Positions 63,149 through 64,000 of a stretch of DNA of 64,000 nucleotides are shown here, piece after piece. The notes under the pieces are model-generated. The model was given only the letters and a program-made list of their open reading frames with translations. It did no database searches and was not told where the DNA came from. This DNA comes from a virus. How positions within the stretch are numbered: the stretch's first letter is position 1; every line of letters begins with the position of its first letter. Where the stretch lies: positions 16,086 to 80,085 of the IMG/VR virus record IMGVR_UViG_3300036045_000002. One strand, 5' to 3'. Both the position numbers and the translations under genes were made by a program.

Positions 63149-64000
63149 ATGAGCAGGACCTGGCTGGCGCTGGACGTGAACTACCTGACCTGGCGGGCCT
63201 TCCACGTCTTCGGGGGCCTGTCCCACGGCGGGGTCGGCACAGGCGTCGTCTACGGCGTACTCAAGGACGTCGTGTCCCTGTGCGACACCCACGCCTCCAC
63301 CAACCTGGTGTTCTGCTTCGACCACGGCCGCGAACTGAAGCGGAAGGAGGTCTTCCCGGGGTACAAGGCCCGCCGGCACGGCAAGGTCATGACGGAGGAC
63401 GAGAAGCAGGTTTACCAGGACGTGCAACGGCAGATCAACCTGATGAAGACGGAGTACCTGCCGTACCTCGGGTTCGAGAACGTGTTCTACCAGGACGGGT
63501 ACGAGGCGGACGACATCATCGCGTCGGTGTGCGACAACACCCCGGCGAAGGACGAGGTGGTCGTCGTCTCGGGGGACAAGGATCTGCTCCAACTGCTGTC
63601 GGCCCGGGTGTTCGTCTGGCAGCCTACCCACCGGCAAGTGACGACCGTGAAGACGTTCCAGGACAAGTATTACGGCCTTCACCCGCAGCACTGGGCGCGG
63701 GTCAAGGCCATCGCCGGGTGTTCGACGGATGACGTTCCAGGCGTCAAGGGCGTCGGTGACGCGACGGCCGCCAAGTTCCTCATGGGCCTCAAGACCAACA
63801 AGGCGGACGAGATCGAGGCGTGGCTGGTGAGCAACCAGTATCGCAAAAACCTCGACCTCGTCCGACTCCCGTACACCGGAACGCCTGACTACCCGCCTGT
63901 CCAGGACATGGTGGACACCAAGTGCTGGCGGAAGCTGACCACCAGGCTCGGGATGAAGTCGCTGGCCGACCTGGCCCCGCGGCCGGTCGAAGGGTTCGGC
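63149..64000 (+). CDS. 5'-3' exonuclease/flap endonuclease (runs off the window)
   Basis: Translated by hand: MSRTWLALDVNYL..., 'FCFD', 'YK', 'EADDII', 'SGDKDLLQL', 'D.VPGVKGVG..TA'. Confidence 0.88.
   Translation, partial: MSRTWLALDVNYLTWRAFHVFGGLSHGGVGTGVVYGVLKDVVSLCDTHASTNLVFCFDHGRELKRKEVFPGYKARRHGKVMTEDEKQVYQDVQRQINLMKTEYLPYLGFENVFYQDGYEADDIIASVCDNTPAKDEVVVVSGDKDLLQLLSARVFVWQPTHRQVTTVKTFQDKYYGLHPQHWARVKAIAGCSTDDVPGVKGVGDATAAKFLMGLKTNKADEIEAWLVSNQYRKNLDLVRLPYTGTPDYPPVQDMVDTKCWRKLTTRLGMKSLADLAPRPVEGFG

Noticed and set aside
125-63876. Many long overlapping or antisense ORFs in the track (e.g. 51742-54132 minus, 54876-56732 minus, 3498-4781 plus, 28109-29386 plus)
   Set aside because: Shadow frames of GC-rich genes: Arg/Gly/Pro-rich, no motifs, and overlapping well-supported CDSs
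1-64000. tRNA/rRNA genes, integrase, transposase, reverse transcriptase
   Set aside because: None recognised by eye; a tRNAscan/Infernal run would be needed to exclude RNA genes

Overview
GC-rich double-stranded DNA tailed-phage (Caudoviricetes) segment. The probable host is a planctomycete, because ORF 31187 starts with a planctomycete-type 'FxPRLEALDGRxVP' export motif. The minus strand (1-17.7 kb and 20.1-22.7 kb) carries virion, packaging and envelope genes: capsid, decoration protein, DUF2213-type prohead protein, papain-like peptidase, portal, a LamG/repeat fibre, HNH, and TerL/TerS. The 17.8-20.1 kb region is mostly non-coding and compositionally odd, with A/T tracts, a GG/CC-free alternating purine-pyrimidine block and short iteron-like repeats. 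The plus strand (22.8-64 kb) has four groups of genes. (1) Transcription control: a TraR/DksA zinc finger, a zinc-finger-extended NusG paralogue, a sigma-like protein and related winged-helix proteins. (2) Replisome: initiator, DnaB-like helicase, primase, beta-clamp, DnaX-like loader, a Pol A split over three genes, SSB, RecA and UvsY-like. (3) Nucleotide metabolism: dcd, nrdJ, thyX. (4) A 7-deazaguanine DNA-modification cluster: queD, queE, folE, a second T-fold protein, a glycosyltransferase, a radical SAM enzyme and a TGT/DpdA-like protein, with no queC in the window. The strongest novelty candidates are this extended QueC-less modification cluster together with GG/CC-free regulatory DNA, a family of sigma70-like promoters followed by a covarying CGC-ACGGC-GCG hairpin (one directly upstream of the nusG-like gene), and a dispersed ~120-bp palindromic TCTAGA element. 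All product calls come from motif recognition by eye; no database searches were run.
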